Positions 47,283 to 56,869 of a DNA stretch of 64,000 bases are shown piece after piece (the first letter of the stretch is position 1; the number at the start of each line of letters is the position of its first letter). The stretch is from Candidatus Pacebacteria bacterium UBA6180 (lineage in GTDB: Bacteria > Patescibacteriota > Microgenomatia > UBA1400 > PJMF01). The translations under genes were made by a program, and so were the position numbers. The stretch is from the NCBI GenBank assembly GCA_002422165.1, contig DITQ01000008.1, forward strand, positions 125,082-189,081, in the 5' to 3' direction. The notes beneath the pieces are model-generated. The model saw nothing but the letters and a program-made list of their open reading frames with translations. It made no database searches and was not told the origin of the DNA.

Positions 47283-48389
47283 ATGCTCAAATTATTTCTC
47301 TCTATTTTTATTTTAATCTCTATCAGTAGTTTGTCTTTCGTCCTTGGTCATTTTTATGACAAACTAGCCAAGCTACCAACTACACCTCATTTTTTTCAAG
47401 TGCAACCCACTCCCAAACCGCTGCCCTTGCTTGCTTACACGATTGAAAAGCTGAGTCAACAAGAAGTCAAGGCCACTTCCCCCCTCCAAGTCGAAAAACT
47501 TCTCAATCACGACCCTATCGCCAACCTCTACACTTTGCTTTTTACCTACCAAAGCCAGGGAAAACAAATTTCTGGCGCCCTCAACCTCCAGTTGGATGAG
47601 GCGACTACTGCCAGCCCAAGCGCCATGCCTGTCATTCTCATGTTGCGCGGCTATGCGCCTCTCGAAGTTTACTATTCAGGCATAGGCACCAAAAGCGCCG
47701 CTAGTGTTTTCGCTCAGGCAGGCTACGTCACTCTGGCGCCAGATTTCCTAGGCTACGGCGAGAGCGATCCTGAGCCAGACGATACCTGGGAAGCACGCTT
47801 TATCAAGCCTCTTAATATTCTGGATTTGCTGGCCACGCTACAAAAATTCCCCATTCTCGATCTAAGCAAAATCGAGGAGTCTCCCCTCAAATCAATTTCC
47901 CTAGACCCTGCGCACCTCGGTGTTTGGGCCCACAGCAATGGTGGCCAAATTGCAGTCACCACTCTGGAGATTCTTGGCCAAAATCTACCCACCACCCTCT
48001 GGGCGCCAGTTTTGGCGCCTTTTCCTTATTCGATTCTCTACTTCAGTGATGAATATGAGGACGAGGGCAAAGAAACTCGCAAGTATGTGGCGCTGTTTGA
48101 AGCCGACTATGATGTCTTCGATTTCTCTCTGACTCGCCACCTTGATCGCTTGCATGGACCCATCCAAATTCACCACGGCGGTCGCGATGACGCTGCCTTA
48201 CTTAGTTGGAGCGAAGAGTTTTTGGCCAAAGTCGATTTGGAAAATCAGCGCCGAGCGACAGCGAGCGCCTTGACGGAGGAATTGGAAATCAAGCTGTATC
48301 GTTACCCAAGCGCCGACCATAATTTGCAACCCAATTGGAATGAAGCGATTCAGAGAGATTTGGGGTTTTTTGCGGAAAATCTTAACTAA
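47283..48389 (+). CDS. Secreted alpha/beta-hydrolase fold protein (putative esterase/peptidase)
   Basis: Signal-peptide-like N-terminus; GYVTLAPDFLGYGES; nucleophile-elbow-like WAHSNGGQIAV; C-terminal ...HHGGRDD... acid/His region. Confidence 0.6.
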   Translation: MLKLFLSIFILISISSLSFVLGHFYDKLAKLPTTPHFFQVQPTPKPLPLLAYTIEKLSQQEVKATSPLQVEKLLNHDPIANLYTLLFTYQSQGKQISGALNLQLDEATTASPSAMPVILMLRGYAPLEVYYSGIGTKSAASVFAQAGYVTLAPDFLGYGESDPEPDDTWEARFIKPLNILDLLATLQKFPILDLSKIEESPLKSISLDPAHLGVWAHSNGGQIAVTTLEILGQNLPTTLWAPVLAPFPYSILYFSDEYEDEGKETRKYVALFEADYDVFDFSLTRHLDRLHGPIQIHHGGRDDAALLSWSEEFLAKVDLENQRRATASALTEELEIKLYRYPSADHNLQPNWNEAIQRDLGFFAENLN

Positions 48390-49525
48390 CCCTTCAAAAG
48401 CTTCGGCTTCTCGCCATCGTCCAACAGCTCCACCGAGCTGCCGCGATATTGTTCGATTTTGGCAATTCTTTTTTCCATTTGTTTCTTGCGGGTGCCAGTC
48501 AGAGTATCGTAATTCTTTTGCAAACTCTCGATGCTGCGACCAAATTTGGCAAATTCTTCGTCGAAGCGCAACCATTCAGTCGCGAATGCGTCAATCTGCT
48601 TGATCACTTCTTTGATCTTCTTACCAACCATAAAATTGCGGTAACTCTCCATGACGGTGCGAGCCACTATCAGGAAGCTAAAAGGCGAACAGATAATAAC
48701 CTTTTTTGCCAAGGCCTCATCGATAATGTCAGGAAATTTCTGATTGATGAAGGAGAAAAGCGCCTCGTTGGGAACAAACATAATCGCGTAGTCAAGAGTA
48801 TCGTTTTCTGGTGAAATATATTCGGCCACTTTGTCAACTTTTGCCTTGAGATCTCGCTTGAACTGTTGGACGTGAACTTGCTTATCACTCTGGCTTTCAG
48901 CGACGGACATTTTTTGAACTTCCTGGTAGGGGAACTTGACATCGACCGGCACCACGCGTTTGTCTGGCAGAAGCAAAGTGATGTCCGGCTTCATCACCGA
49001 GTCACCCAACTTGGCCTGGCGCAAATAATGAATCCCCTCTTGCAAACCATTGGCTTGCAGCAAGTCTTCAATGATCCGCTCGCCCCAAGCTCCACGAGTC
49101 TGATTGTTAGAGAGCACTTTCGCCAAGGCCTCGGTGGACACCTTCAGCTCCTTGGTTAGCTGGCGGTGTTCTTCGACAGCGGTACTGACTTTGCTAATTT
49201 TATCGATCTGGTCTTTCTCGATGTTGCGAATTTCCTGCTGTTGCTCGTTCATTTCAGAGCGCAGTTCCTTGATCATTTTTTCCATCATTGCCTGTTTGTT
49301 AGCCAAATCATTCTTGATGACATCTTTCTCAGAAGACAAGGCCTGCTTGCTCTGCTCGACGAGCTTATTGGCAGTCATCCCAAACACCTTGTGTACCATG
49401 TTTTCTAGTTCCACCTCGTCTGCGACAGAGTCTTTGTTTTCCAAAAGTTTCTTGATCGCTAGATAAAAAATCACCAGGGCGGCAATCAACAACAAAAATA
49501 ACAAAAAAAGAGTGGCGTTGGACAT
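48386..49525 (-). CDS. rmuC: DNA recombination protein RmuC
   Basis: N-terminal TM, long coiled-coil, then C-terminal RmuC core ...DYAIMFVPNEALFSF...VIICSPFSFLIVARTV. Confidence 0.75.
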   Translation of the reverse strand: MSNATLFLLFLLLIAALVIFYLAIKKLLENKDSVADEVELENMVHKVFGMTANKLVEQSKQALSSEKDVIKNDLANKQAMMEKMIKELRSEMNEQQQEIRNIEKDQIDKISKVSTAVEEHRQLTKELKVSTEALAKVLSNNQTRGAWGERIIEDLLQANGLQEGIHYLRQAKLGDSVMKPDITLLLPDKRVVPVDVKFPYQEVQKMSVAESQSDKQVHVQQFKRDLKAKVDKVAEYISPENDTLDYAIMFVPNEALFSFINQKFPDIIDEALAKKVIICSPFSFLIVARTVMESYRNFMVGKKIKEVIKQIDAFATEWLRFDEEFAKFGRSIESLQKNYDTLTGTRKKQMEKRIAKIEQYRGSSVELLDDGEKPKLLKG

Positions 49526-49547
49526 ATGAGTCTACTATACTGGAGAA

Positions 49548-50042
49548 ATGGACAAGATCCAAGCCAAATCGAGACTCAAAAAGCCACTCAACAAGCCTCC
49601 AGCTCCCAATCCTACCCCTGCGCCCTCTAGGCTGGCAAAGCTGATCAAACCTCCAAGGAAGGTCAAGGAACAAAATAAGCGCCTGCAAGCTTACGGTCGC
49701 TACATTATTTGCCTCGTCATCGCCATGATGTCTTACTACGGGCTATTTTTCCTGATGAGTCAAGTTTATCCTAGCCAAATTCAACATTTTCTATGGACCA
49801 ACAGCTATTTGCCTTTCTTTACCTTGCTCTTCGTTGGTAATTTTTTCTTGCTAACTTTTTTGTTTTTGGATAAAAAAATCGGCTTCTACTTGGCAATCTG
49901 GCTCAATTTGGTCATTTATTTAAAAATTAGCCAGGTCAGGTTAGACTTTTACAGCCTAGGGTTACTGCTTTTACTAGCTGCGATTTTGCTTTTACCAGAT
50001 ATAATAAGAAATTATGCCAACAACTCAAACAACAAAAGATAG
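49548..50042 (+). CDS. Membrane protein with basic, Pro-rich N-terminus (hypothetical)
   Basis: SD ctGGAGaaATG. N-terminal KKPLNKPPAPNPTPAPSRL, then about 4 TM helices. Overlaps the metG start by 29 nt. Confidence 0.5.
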   Translation: MDKIQAKSRLKKPLNKPPAPNPTPAPSRLAKLIKPPRKVKEQNKRLQAYGRYIICLVIAMMSYYGLFFLMSQVYPSQIQHFLWTNSYLPFFTLLFVGNFFLLTFLFLDKKIGFYLAIWLNLVIYLKISQVRLDFYSLGLLLLLAAILLLPDIIRNYANNSNNKR

Positions 50043-51468
50043 CTTTTACCTCACTACCACTTTGCCCTACGTCAACGCTGCACCACACATTGGATTCGCC
50101 TTGGAAATCATCGAGGCGGACGTGATCGCTCGCCACCAGAGAGAAATTCTCGGCACAGAAGTCATTTTTAACACTGGTACCGACGAACATGGTCAAAAAA
50201 TTTGGGAAAAGGCGGTTGAGCGAGGCTTGGAGCCTCAAGTTTATTGTGATAGGTGGGCGGCTAAATTCTCAGAACTCAAGGAGATGCTTAATTTGAGTTT
50301 TGACCACTTCATTCGCACCACTGATGACAAGCACGTCGCTGCTGCCCAAGAATTCTGGCGCCGCTGCGACAAAAATGGAGACATTTACAAAGCCAAATAT
50401 CAAATTAAATATTGCGTCGGCTGCGAATTAGCCAAGACTGAAAGCGAGTTGGCTGAGGGACGCTGTCCACTACACCCCAAGCAAGAAATCGAGTTGCGCG
50501 AGGAAGAAAATTACTTTTTTCGCTTTAGCAAATACCAAGACAAATTACTTGAACTTTACGAACAAAACCCGAATTTTGTCAAACCCAAGCATCGCTTGCG
50601 AGAAATTCAGGCTTTTGTCACTGCAGGCCTCGAGGATTTCAGCATCTCACGCCTAAAGAGTAAAATGCCTTGGGGCATCGCTGTGCCTGACGACAACAAA
50701 CATGTCATGTATGTTTGGTTCGACGCTCTGGTCAACTACATTTCTACACTAGATTGGCCGCAGGATCAGGCCAAGTTTGAACGCTTCTGGCCAGGCATAC
50801 AACTAGCTGGCAAAGACAACTTGCGCCAACAATCAGCCATGTGGCAAGCAATGCTGCTCTCCGCTCAGCTGCCACCAAGCAAACAAATCCTTATCAACGG
50901 TTTTATTGGTGTCGATGGCCAGAAAATGAGCAAGTCGCTTGGCAACGTCATTAGTCCTCAACAACTAATAGAGCGCTATGGCATTGATGCCGCTCGCTAT
51001 CTACTAATCAATTTGGGCACTTTTGGTGAAGACATGGATGTAAGCTTTGAGAAATTAGATATCAATTACAACGCTGCACTAGCCAACGGTCTTGGCAACC
51101 TCTGTTCACGGGTCGCCAAAATGGCTGAACAGGTCGACTTGAGTGCTTCGACCAAAAAACCCGCAGCCCCAGAGCAATATTTAAGCTTGATGAAAAATTT
51201 CCAGCTCAATGAAACACTGAATTTTGTGTTAGAACAAATTGGCGAGACAGATAAATTCCTCGCAGAGCACAAACCTTGGCAAAAGGAAGAGCAAGAGAAA
51301 AAACAAATTCTAGCGAAAGCAGTCGAAAAAATTAAAGTAATTGCTTTGATGTTGCAGCCTTTCATGCCCACAACTGCTATCATCATCAACAAGCATTTTA
51401 CTGGCCAAATCCAAGCTTTTGCTGCTGGCCTTTTCCCGAGAATTGAAGCCGCCAAAACCAGTAAATAA
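50014..51468 (+). CDS. metG: Methionyl-tRNA synthetase (short form)
   Basis: FYLTTTLPYVNAAPHIGFALE (HIGH-type), CxxC...C zinc knuckle (CVGCE...CP), KMSKSLGN. Confidence 0.9.
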   Translation: MPTTQTTKDSFYLTTTLPYVNAAPHIGFALEIIEADVIARHQREILGTEVIFNTGTDEHGQKIWEKAVERGLEPQVYCDRWAAKFSELKEMLNLSFDHFIRTTDDKHVAAAQEFWRRCDKNGDIYKAKYQIKYCVGCELAKTESELAEGRCPLHPKQEIELREEENYFFRFSKYQDKLLELYEQNPNFVKPKHRLREIQAFVTAGLEDFSISRLKSKMPWGIAVPDDNKHVMYVWFDALVNYISTLDWPQDQAKFERFWPGIQLAGKDNLRQQSAMWQAMLLSAQLPPSKQILINGFIGVDGQKMSKSLGNVISPQQLIERYGIDAARYLLINLGTFGEDMDVSFEKLDINYNAALANGLGNLCSRVAKMAEQVDLSASTKKPAAPEQYLSLMKNFQLNETLNFVLEQIGETDKFLAEHKPWQKEEQEKKQILAKAVEKIKVIALMLQPFMPTTAIIINKHFTGQIQAFAAGLFPRIEAAKTSK

Positions 51469-51474
51469 CCTGCC

Positions 51475-52281
51475 ATGCAACTTTTTGACACTCATTGCCA
51501 CTATAATCTCGAGCCTCTGCTCGCAAATTGGCAGAAACTTTGGGGTGATAGTCAACAAGCAGGAATAAATCGAAGTTTAATTGTCGGAACCACTTTGGCT
51601 AGCAGCCAATTAGCTGTCGAGCAAGCCTCAAGCGACGAGCGGCTTTACGCCTCCTTAGGCATTCACCCAGGCCATGTAGATCAAGCTGCTGATCTGGAGC
51701 AAGCAGTGAGTGAACTTAAAAAAATGGCAGCGAATAAACAAGTAATCGCCTTCGGCGAGGTAGGCTTGGATTATTATCATTTGTCAAATAATCTAGACCA
51801 GCAAGCAATTAAAATCGAACAAAAACACCTTTTCCTCGCCATGATTAATTTGGCTAAAGAAGCTAATTTGCCACTCATTTTACATGTCCGCGATCGAGGT
51901 GAAGCAGCCTATTTTGAAACCTTAGAGCTTTTGGAGAAGCATTGGTCCTTCGAGCAAGCAATAATTTTTCACTGCGTTTCTGGCCCTCTTGAATACGTGC
52001 GTCGTGCTCTGGCGATGAAAAATAGCTATTTTGGCTTCGATGGCAACTTGACTTTCAAAAACGCACATTACCAGCGAGAAATTTTCGAGCTGGTGCAACA
52101 AGCCGATTCCCGCAAAATTCTACTCGAGACCGATGCGCCTTACTTGGCTCCTGAGCCTTACCGTGGACAAGTCTGCGAACCTGCGATGATTACTTCAACC
52201 GCTAATTTTGCAGGACAAAAATTAGGTTTAGACTTAAACCTAACCTACCAAAATTCGCTGCGCGCCTTTGGCCTTTTATAG
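51475..52281 (+). CDS. tatD: TatD-family metal-dependent DNase/hydrolase
   Basis: MQLFDTHCHYN..., ...GEVGLDYY..., LPLILHVRD, ...ETDAPYL. Confidence 0.85.
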   Translation: MQLFDTHCHYNLEPLLANWQKLWGDSQQAGINRSLIVGTTLASSQLAVEQASSDERLYASLGIHPGHVDQAADLEQAVSELKKMAANKQVIAFGEVGLDYYHLSNNLDQQAIKIEQKHLFLAMINLAKEANLPLILHVRDRGEAAYFETLELLEKHWSFEQAIIFHCVSGPLEYVRRALAMKNSYFGFDGNLTFKNAHYQREIFELVQQADSRKILLETDAPYLAPEPYRGQVCEPAMITSTANFAGQKLGLDLNLTYQNSLRAFGLL

Positions 52282-52303
52282 AGTTATAGGATAAAATACA
52301 ACG

Positions 52304-53800
52304 ATGGTCAGAAATTACTTTCGCCGCCACCCCATCCGCACCAGAAGAGCTTTGGAGATTTTGCCTGGCGCCTTTTCCTGGTTTTTGATCCTTTTTCCGA
52401 TCTGGGGCTCCTTCGTAATTCCACAAGCCGTCGCCTACTACGTGATTATTTTCGCCGTTTATTGGCTGTACCGCTCATTGATGCTGACTTTTTTCGCCAC
52501 TATCTCGCACTTCAAAATTCGCGCTTTCAGCAAATATGATCACATTCCTGAACTCAAGGCGCGTTTCAAGGACAAGTGGGACCAAATTCACCACATCATC
52601 GTTATTCCGACTTACCAAGAACCAGTCGCAACGTTAGAAAGAACGCTGGAAGGCCTAAGCAAGCAAACTTTTCCAAAAAGCAATCTTCACATCATGCTCT
52701 CTTTCGAAGAACGAGAAGGGGCAGTGGTTGATGAAAAAGCCAAGGTATTGCTCAAAAAATTTGGCAGAGTCTTTGGCCACCTCTGGGTCAGCAAACACCC
52801 CGACGTCGTCGGCGAGATCAAAGGTAAATCTTCCAACACTTGCTATGGCGCCAAAGCTGCCAAAGCGCTTTTAGTTGACCAAGAAGGGATGCCAATCGAA
52901 AACATCACCATCACCAGTGAAGATGCGGACGCCATTTTTCACCCCCACTATTTTTCTTACCTGACCCACTCTTTCCTAACTAGCGAAAAGCCTTACAACC
53001 GCAGCTGGCAGGGCGGAATTAGTTTCTACAACAATATCTGGCGCGTGCCTGCGCCGATTCGCGTCTTGGCTGCCATTCAATCAGTAATGCAGATTTACAT
53101 TTTGTCACGCAAAGATCGCCTGATTAATTTTTCAACTTACTCGACTACCCTCAAGCATGTCGACGAAATTGGCTACTGGGACACCGACGTTATTCCTGAG
53201 GATTACCGGCTTTTCTTCAAATCTTACTTCGCCAAAAAAGGCGACTTCGAGGTCGAGCCGATTTATCTACCCATCTACGCTGATGCTGTTCAGGCCGATG
53301 GTTTCTGGCGCACAATGCACAACCAATATGAACAAATCAAGCGCTGGGCCTGGGGAGTTAGTGACGACGCCTACATCATTCGCCAGTATGTCTTGACTGA
53401 AGGTTTGCCTTTTTGGGATAAAACTATTCGCGTCCTTAAGGTTATAGAAGACCATTTCCTCTGGCCAGTCAACTGGTTTGCGGTAACCGTTTCTGCCATG
53501 TTGCCCCCCCTGCTCAATGATGAATTCAACCGCACTATCATCGGTAAAACTTTGCCTCAAGTCACCTCCACTTTATTGACCTTGTCGCTGATCGCTATGC
53601 TGACCATCTTCATTATTGATTCAAGCAATCGCCCCGCGCACCACAACAAGCGCGGTTTCTTTTCCTACCTAATGCAGCCGCTTGAATTCATTTTAATACC
53701 GGTGATTGGCTTTTTCTTCTCTGCCTTACCAGGCATTGACGCTCACACTCGGCTGATGCTTGGTAAATACATGGAGTACAAGGTAACGGAAAAAGTCTAA
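52304..53800 (+). CDS. Processive membrane GT2 glycan synthase (cellulose/chitin/hyaluronan-synthase-like)
   Basis: N-terminal TM helices; IIVIPTYQEPVATLERTL; ITSEDADAIF (DxD); QIKRWAWG (QxxRW); C-terminal TM bundle. Confidence 0.7.
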   Translation: MVRNYFRRHPIRTRRALEILPGAFSWFLILFPIWGSFVIPQAVAYYVIIFAVYWLYRSLMLTFFATISHFKIRAFSKYDHIPELKARFKDKWDQIHHIIVIPTYQEPVATLERTLEGLSKQTFPKSNLHIMLSFEEREGAVVDEKAKVLLKKFGRVFGHLWVSKHPDVVGEIKGKSSNTCYGAKAAKALLVDQEGMPIENITITSEDADAIFHPHYFSYLTHSFLTSEKPYNRSWQGGISFYNNIWRVPAPIRVLAAIQSVMQIYILSRKDRLINFSTYSTTLKHVDEIGYWDTDVIPEDYRLFFKSYFAKKGDFEVEPIYLPIYADAVQADGFWRTMHNQYEQIKRWAWGVSDDAYIIRQYVLTEGLPFWDKTIRVLKVIEDHFLWPVNWFAVTVSAMLPPLLNDEFNRTIIGKTLPQVTSTLLTLSLIAMLTIFIIDSSNRPAHHNKRGFFSYLMQPLEFILIPVIGFFFSALPGIDAHTRLMLGKYMEYKVTEKV

Positions 53801-53840
53801 AGACTTGCTTTTATTGCCGCCATCCCGCTAAAATGAAGTC

Positions 53841-55427
53841 ATGAAATTCATCGAACTGCTCAAACGTGCCGACCGCTATTTCGACCGCCAGACACCAATT
53901 CTGGTTTTGTTTTTGCTTATTTTGGCTTTGCGCTTGCCTAATTTTTTCGAACCTTACTGGTACGGCGATGAAGCCATCTACCTGACATTAGGCACTGCTT
54001 TGCGTGAGGGTGGCGCGCTTTACACCACCATTATCGATCACAAGACTCCTCTCATTTATTATTTGGCGATGGTACCTAATCAGTTTTACTTCCGCTTGCT
54101 CAACTTAGTTTGGATGTTGGTAACCACCGCCTTGTTTTTCAAATTTGCCAAAACTTTGTTTAAGAAAACTATTTGGGCCTGGTTGGCAACTTTGGTCATG
54201 GTGCTTTTGACCACCTTGCCGTGGCTGGAGGGTCATATTCCCAATGGGGAATTGTTTGTCATGGGTTTTGTCATGGCAGGGGCCATTTTGTTTACCAAAA
54301 GCGATGTTTGGAAACTATTTTTTAACACCAAAAAAACTACCTTTGTTCGTAATTCGCGCCAAAAAGAAATTTGCTATCTTCTAAGCGCTGGCGCTTTCAT
54401 GGGACTGGGCATTTTGACCAAAGTCCCGGCCATCTTGGACGTGGCTGCTTTTCTAGCTATTTTCTGGCTCATTTTGGCTGGCCAGTTTTTCAACCCTCAA
54501 ACCAAGGCTAAAGAGTTAGGGCAAACTTTTACTTGGTTGCTCAAAAGAGGCTTGATTTTTATGACTGGCTTGCTGCTGCCATTGCTCGCTTCAGTAGTCT
54601 ACTTCGTCGCTGTTGGTAGTGGCCAAGACTACCTAGATTATGGTTTGCTCTACAACTTTCGCTACAGTCAGTCTTGGTCGCTCGATCTAGGCAATGAACT
54701 GCTTAATTTCGCTTTTAGCATGCCGGGCAAAACCATCATCTTGCTGATAGTAGTGATGCTCATCACCCTGAACGTGCGCAAGCTTAAGAAAAGAACTCAA
54801 TTTATCTGCCTCTATTTCCTCTTCACTCTCTATTCTGTGTTGTTGTCTAGCAGACCTTACCCGCACTACTTCATCCAGATGGTGCCAGCTTTGGCTTTGT
54901 TACTTATTGATTTACTGCAAAACTGGAAAGAAGTTAAAGGAACTGCTCTCAAAATCGGCTTAATCGCTGTAACTGCCTATGTAATGCTTAGCCTGGGTTT
55001 TAAACCATATTCAACTGGAGAATATTATAAGAAATTTTGGCAATTTGCCACTTTGAAAATTACCCAAGAAGAATATGAAAACTCCTTCGACAGCAATGTC
55101 AAAGACAACCGTGAAGTCAGCAGGCTTATTCATGAGATGGGGGTCAAGAAAATTTTCATCTGGGGAACCAATCCTCTCCTTTATGCACAAAGCAAAACTG
55201 TACCCACCTCGCGCTTCACTGTTGCTTTTCACATCAAGGACTTCGATGATCAGGCTAGAACTTTTTCTCAGATCGAACGCGAAGAGCCAAAATTAATCGT
55301 CGTCATGAAAAACGAGCGCGACAGCTTCCCGCAACTAGAGGCTTATCTTAGTAAGTATTATCTGCCCAATACCCAGTTTGATAGAATGGTCTTATATCTA
55401 AGACAAGAACTACCTGAGATAAAATAA
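53841..55427 (+). CDS. GT-C membrane glycosyltransferase, ArnT/PMT-like
   Basis: LRLPNFFEPYWYGDEAIYLTLGTAL...DHKTPLIYY (DE motif), about 12 TM helices. Confidence 0.7.
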   Translation: MKFIELLKRADRYFDRQTPILVLFLLILALRLPNFFEPYWYGDEAIYLTLGTALREGGALYTTIIDHKTPLIYYLAMVPNQFYFRLLNLVWMLVTTALFFKFAKTLFKKTIWAWLATLVMVLLTTLPWLEGHIPNGELFVMGFVMAGAILFTKSDVWKLFFNTKKTTFVRNSRQKEICYLLSAGAFMGLGILTKVPAILDVAAFLAIFWLILAGQFFNPQTKAKELGQTFTWLLKRGLIFMTGLLLPLLASVVYFVAVGSGQDYLDYGLLYNFRYSQSWSLDLGNELLNFAFSMPGKTIILLIVVMLITLNVRKLKKRTQFICLYFLFTLYSVLLSSRPYPHYFIQMVPALALLLIDLLQNWKEVKGTALKIGLIAVTAYVMLSLGFKPYSTGEYYKKFWQFATLKITQEEYENSFDSNVKDNREVSRLIHEMGVKKIFIWGTNPLLYAQSKTVPTSRFTVAFHIKDFDDQARTFSQIEREEPKLIVVMKNERDSFPQLEAYLSKYYLPNTQFDRMVLYLRQELPEIK

Positions 55428-55430
55428 AAC

Positions 55431-55811
55431 ATGGAGCTAACTTTTCGAAGTGAAACCAAAACCAAAAACTGGCGCTATCTGCTTTTTTTACCCAAAGAGC
55501 TGCGACCATTAGGAGTCTTGACTCTTGGAATTAGCTTGATCATGTTGTTGATCAGCTTAGCTTTTTACTTTCCCTTGCAGAATCAAGTCCCGCTTTTTTA
55601 TTCACTGCCGAGCGATCAGCAGCTAGTTGATAAAAAATTCCTTTTTATCCTGCCAACTTTATCTATCCTCATCAATTTTTTTCACATGCTGATCATCAAG
55701 TTCAATAAAGAAATTCATGAATATGTATTAAAAATGTTCGTGCATCTAACTTTCCTGCTGCAAATTTTGCTTTTGGCGATTCTGCTTAGAATCATTATAA
55801 TAGTTACCTAA
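55431..55811 (+). CDS. Small integral membrane protein (hypothetical; about 4 TM)
   Basis: 126 aa, hydrophobic; sits between the GT-C and phosphotransferase genes. Confidence 0.45.
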   Translation: MELTFRSETKTKNWRYLLFLPKELRPLGVLTLGISLIMLLISLAFYFPLQNQVPLFYSLPSDQQLVDKKFLFILPTLSILINFFHMLIIKFNKEIHEYVLKMFVHLTFLLQILLLAILLRIIIIVT

Positions 55812-56869
55812 TGTGGTCCTTTACTTTGAGTTTCTTTTTGGCGGTGTTGCTTGCTCCACTCGTGATTTATTTCTATCGTAAAAACGCTTGGCTGGATGAC
55901 CCAGAAGTCAACCTTCACGCCAAAAAAACTCATCGTGAAGCCGTGCCGCGCGGTGGAGGAATAGTCATTTTTTTGGCTACTTTCCTAGCAGCAGCCATGC
56001 TGCTAGATTTTGACAAATATTTGTTGGCGATTTTTCTTGGCGCCTCTATTTTGACTTTTGTTGGCCTGCTTGACGATATCCTTGATCTCAATCCATATTT
56101 TCGCCTATTCACCGGTCTTTTTGCTGCCTTGATCGTAGTTGGCGCCGGCATCGGCATCGCCTACGTCAGCAATCCTTTTGGTCCTGGAGTCATTCACCTC
56201 GATCAACCGCGTCTTTACTTCGAGTTGTTTGGGACTGATCATTCTATCTGGCTACTCTCAAGTTTGTTTGCCATTTTTTTCATCGTTTGGAACATGAACA
56301 TCATCAACTGGGCCAAGGGTGTCGATGGCCAGCTACCTGGTTTTGTGGCCGTTTCCTGTCTTTTTATTGCCATTTTGGCGGGCCGTTTCGTCGATGCGCC
56401 GACACAGTTTAATGTCGCTAATTTAGCTCTGATCGTCAGCGGCGCTTTTGCAGGCTTACTAGTCTGGAATTTCTACCCACAGCGTATTATGCCTGGCTAT
56501 GGAGCGGGCTCTCTGGCGGGCTTTTTCTTGAGTGTCTTGGCAATTCTCTCTGGAGCCAAGGTCGCCACTATGCTGATGGTGCTGGCGGTGCCGACTGCAG
56601 ACGGTTTGTTTACCATCTTGCGGCGCTTGCTAGCCGGCAAATCACCTTTTTGGGGCGACCGCGGCCACTTGCACCACAAGCTGATGGACTACTACGGCTG
56701 GGGCAAGCGCCGCATCGCCATCTTTTATATCCTAAGCAGCACTGCTCTTGGAGGACTCTCACTTTTACTTGACAGCACTGGCAAACTCATTGCCATCATC
56801 ACCACCACTGTCATTGTCTTTGCTTTTTTGATATATACTAAGCTTGCTAGCAACAATAAATCAAAATGA
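55811..56869 (+). CDS. Polyprenyl-phosphate N-acetylhexosamine-1-phosphate transferase (WecA/TagO/MraY family)
   Basis: DDPEVNLHAKKTHREAVPRGGGI (compare WecA DKPNYRKRHQG.IPLVGG), NMNIINWAKGVDGQLPG (compare NAFNMVDGIDGL), 352 aa with about 10 TM helices. Confidence 0.75.
   Translation: MWSFTLSFFLAVLLAPLVIYFYRKNAWLDDPEVNLHAKKTHREAVPRGGGIVIFLATFLAAAMLLDFDKYLLAIFLGASILTFVGLLDDILDLNPYFRLFTGLFAALIVVGAGIGIAYVSNPFGPGVIHLDQPRLYFELFGTDHSIWLLSSLFAIFFIVWNMNIINWAKGVDGQLPGFVAVSCLFIAILAGRFVDAPTQFNVANLALIVSGAFAGLLVWNFYPQRIMPGYGAGSLAGFFLSVLAILSGAKVATMLMVLAVPTADGLFTILRRLLAGKSPFWGDRGHLHHKLMDYYGWGKRRIAIFYILSSTALGGLSLLLDSTGKLIAIITTTVIVFAFLIYTKLASNNKSK

Noticed and set aside
47255-47290. Possible minus-strand promoter (TTGAGC-17-TATATT) antisense to the hydrolase promoter, feeding the 47149-47176 hairpin
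   Set aside because: The -10 match is just the reverse reading of the palindromic AATATAAT plus-strand -10 for the hydrolase gene. There is insufficient independent evidence for an antisense transcript.
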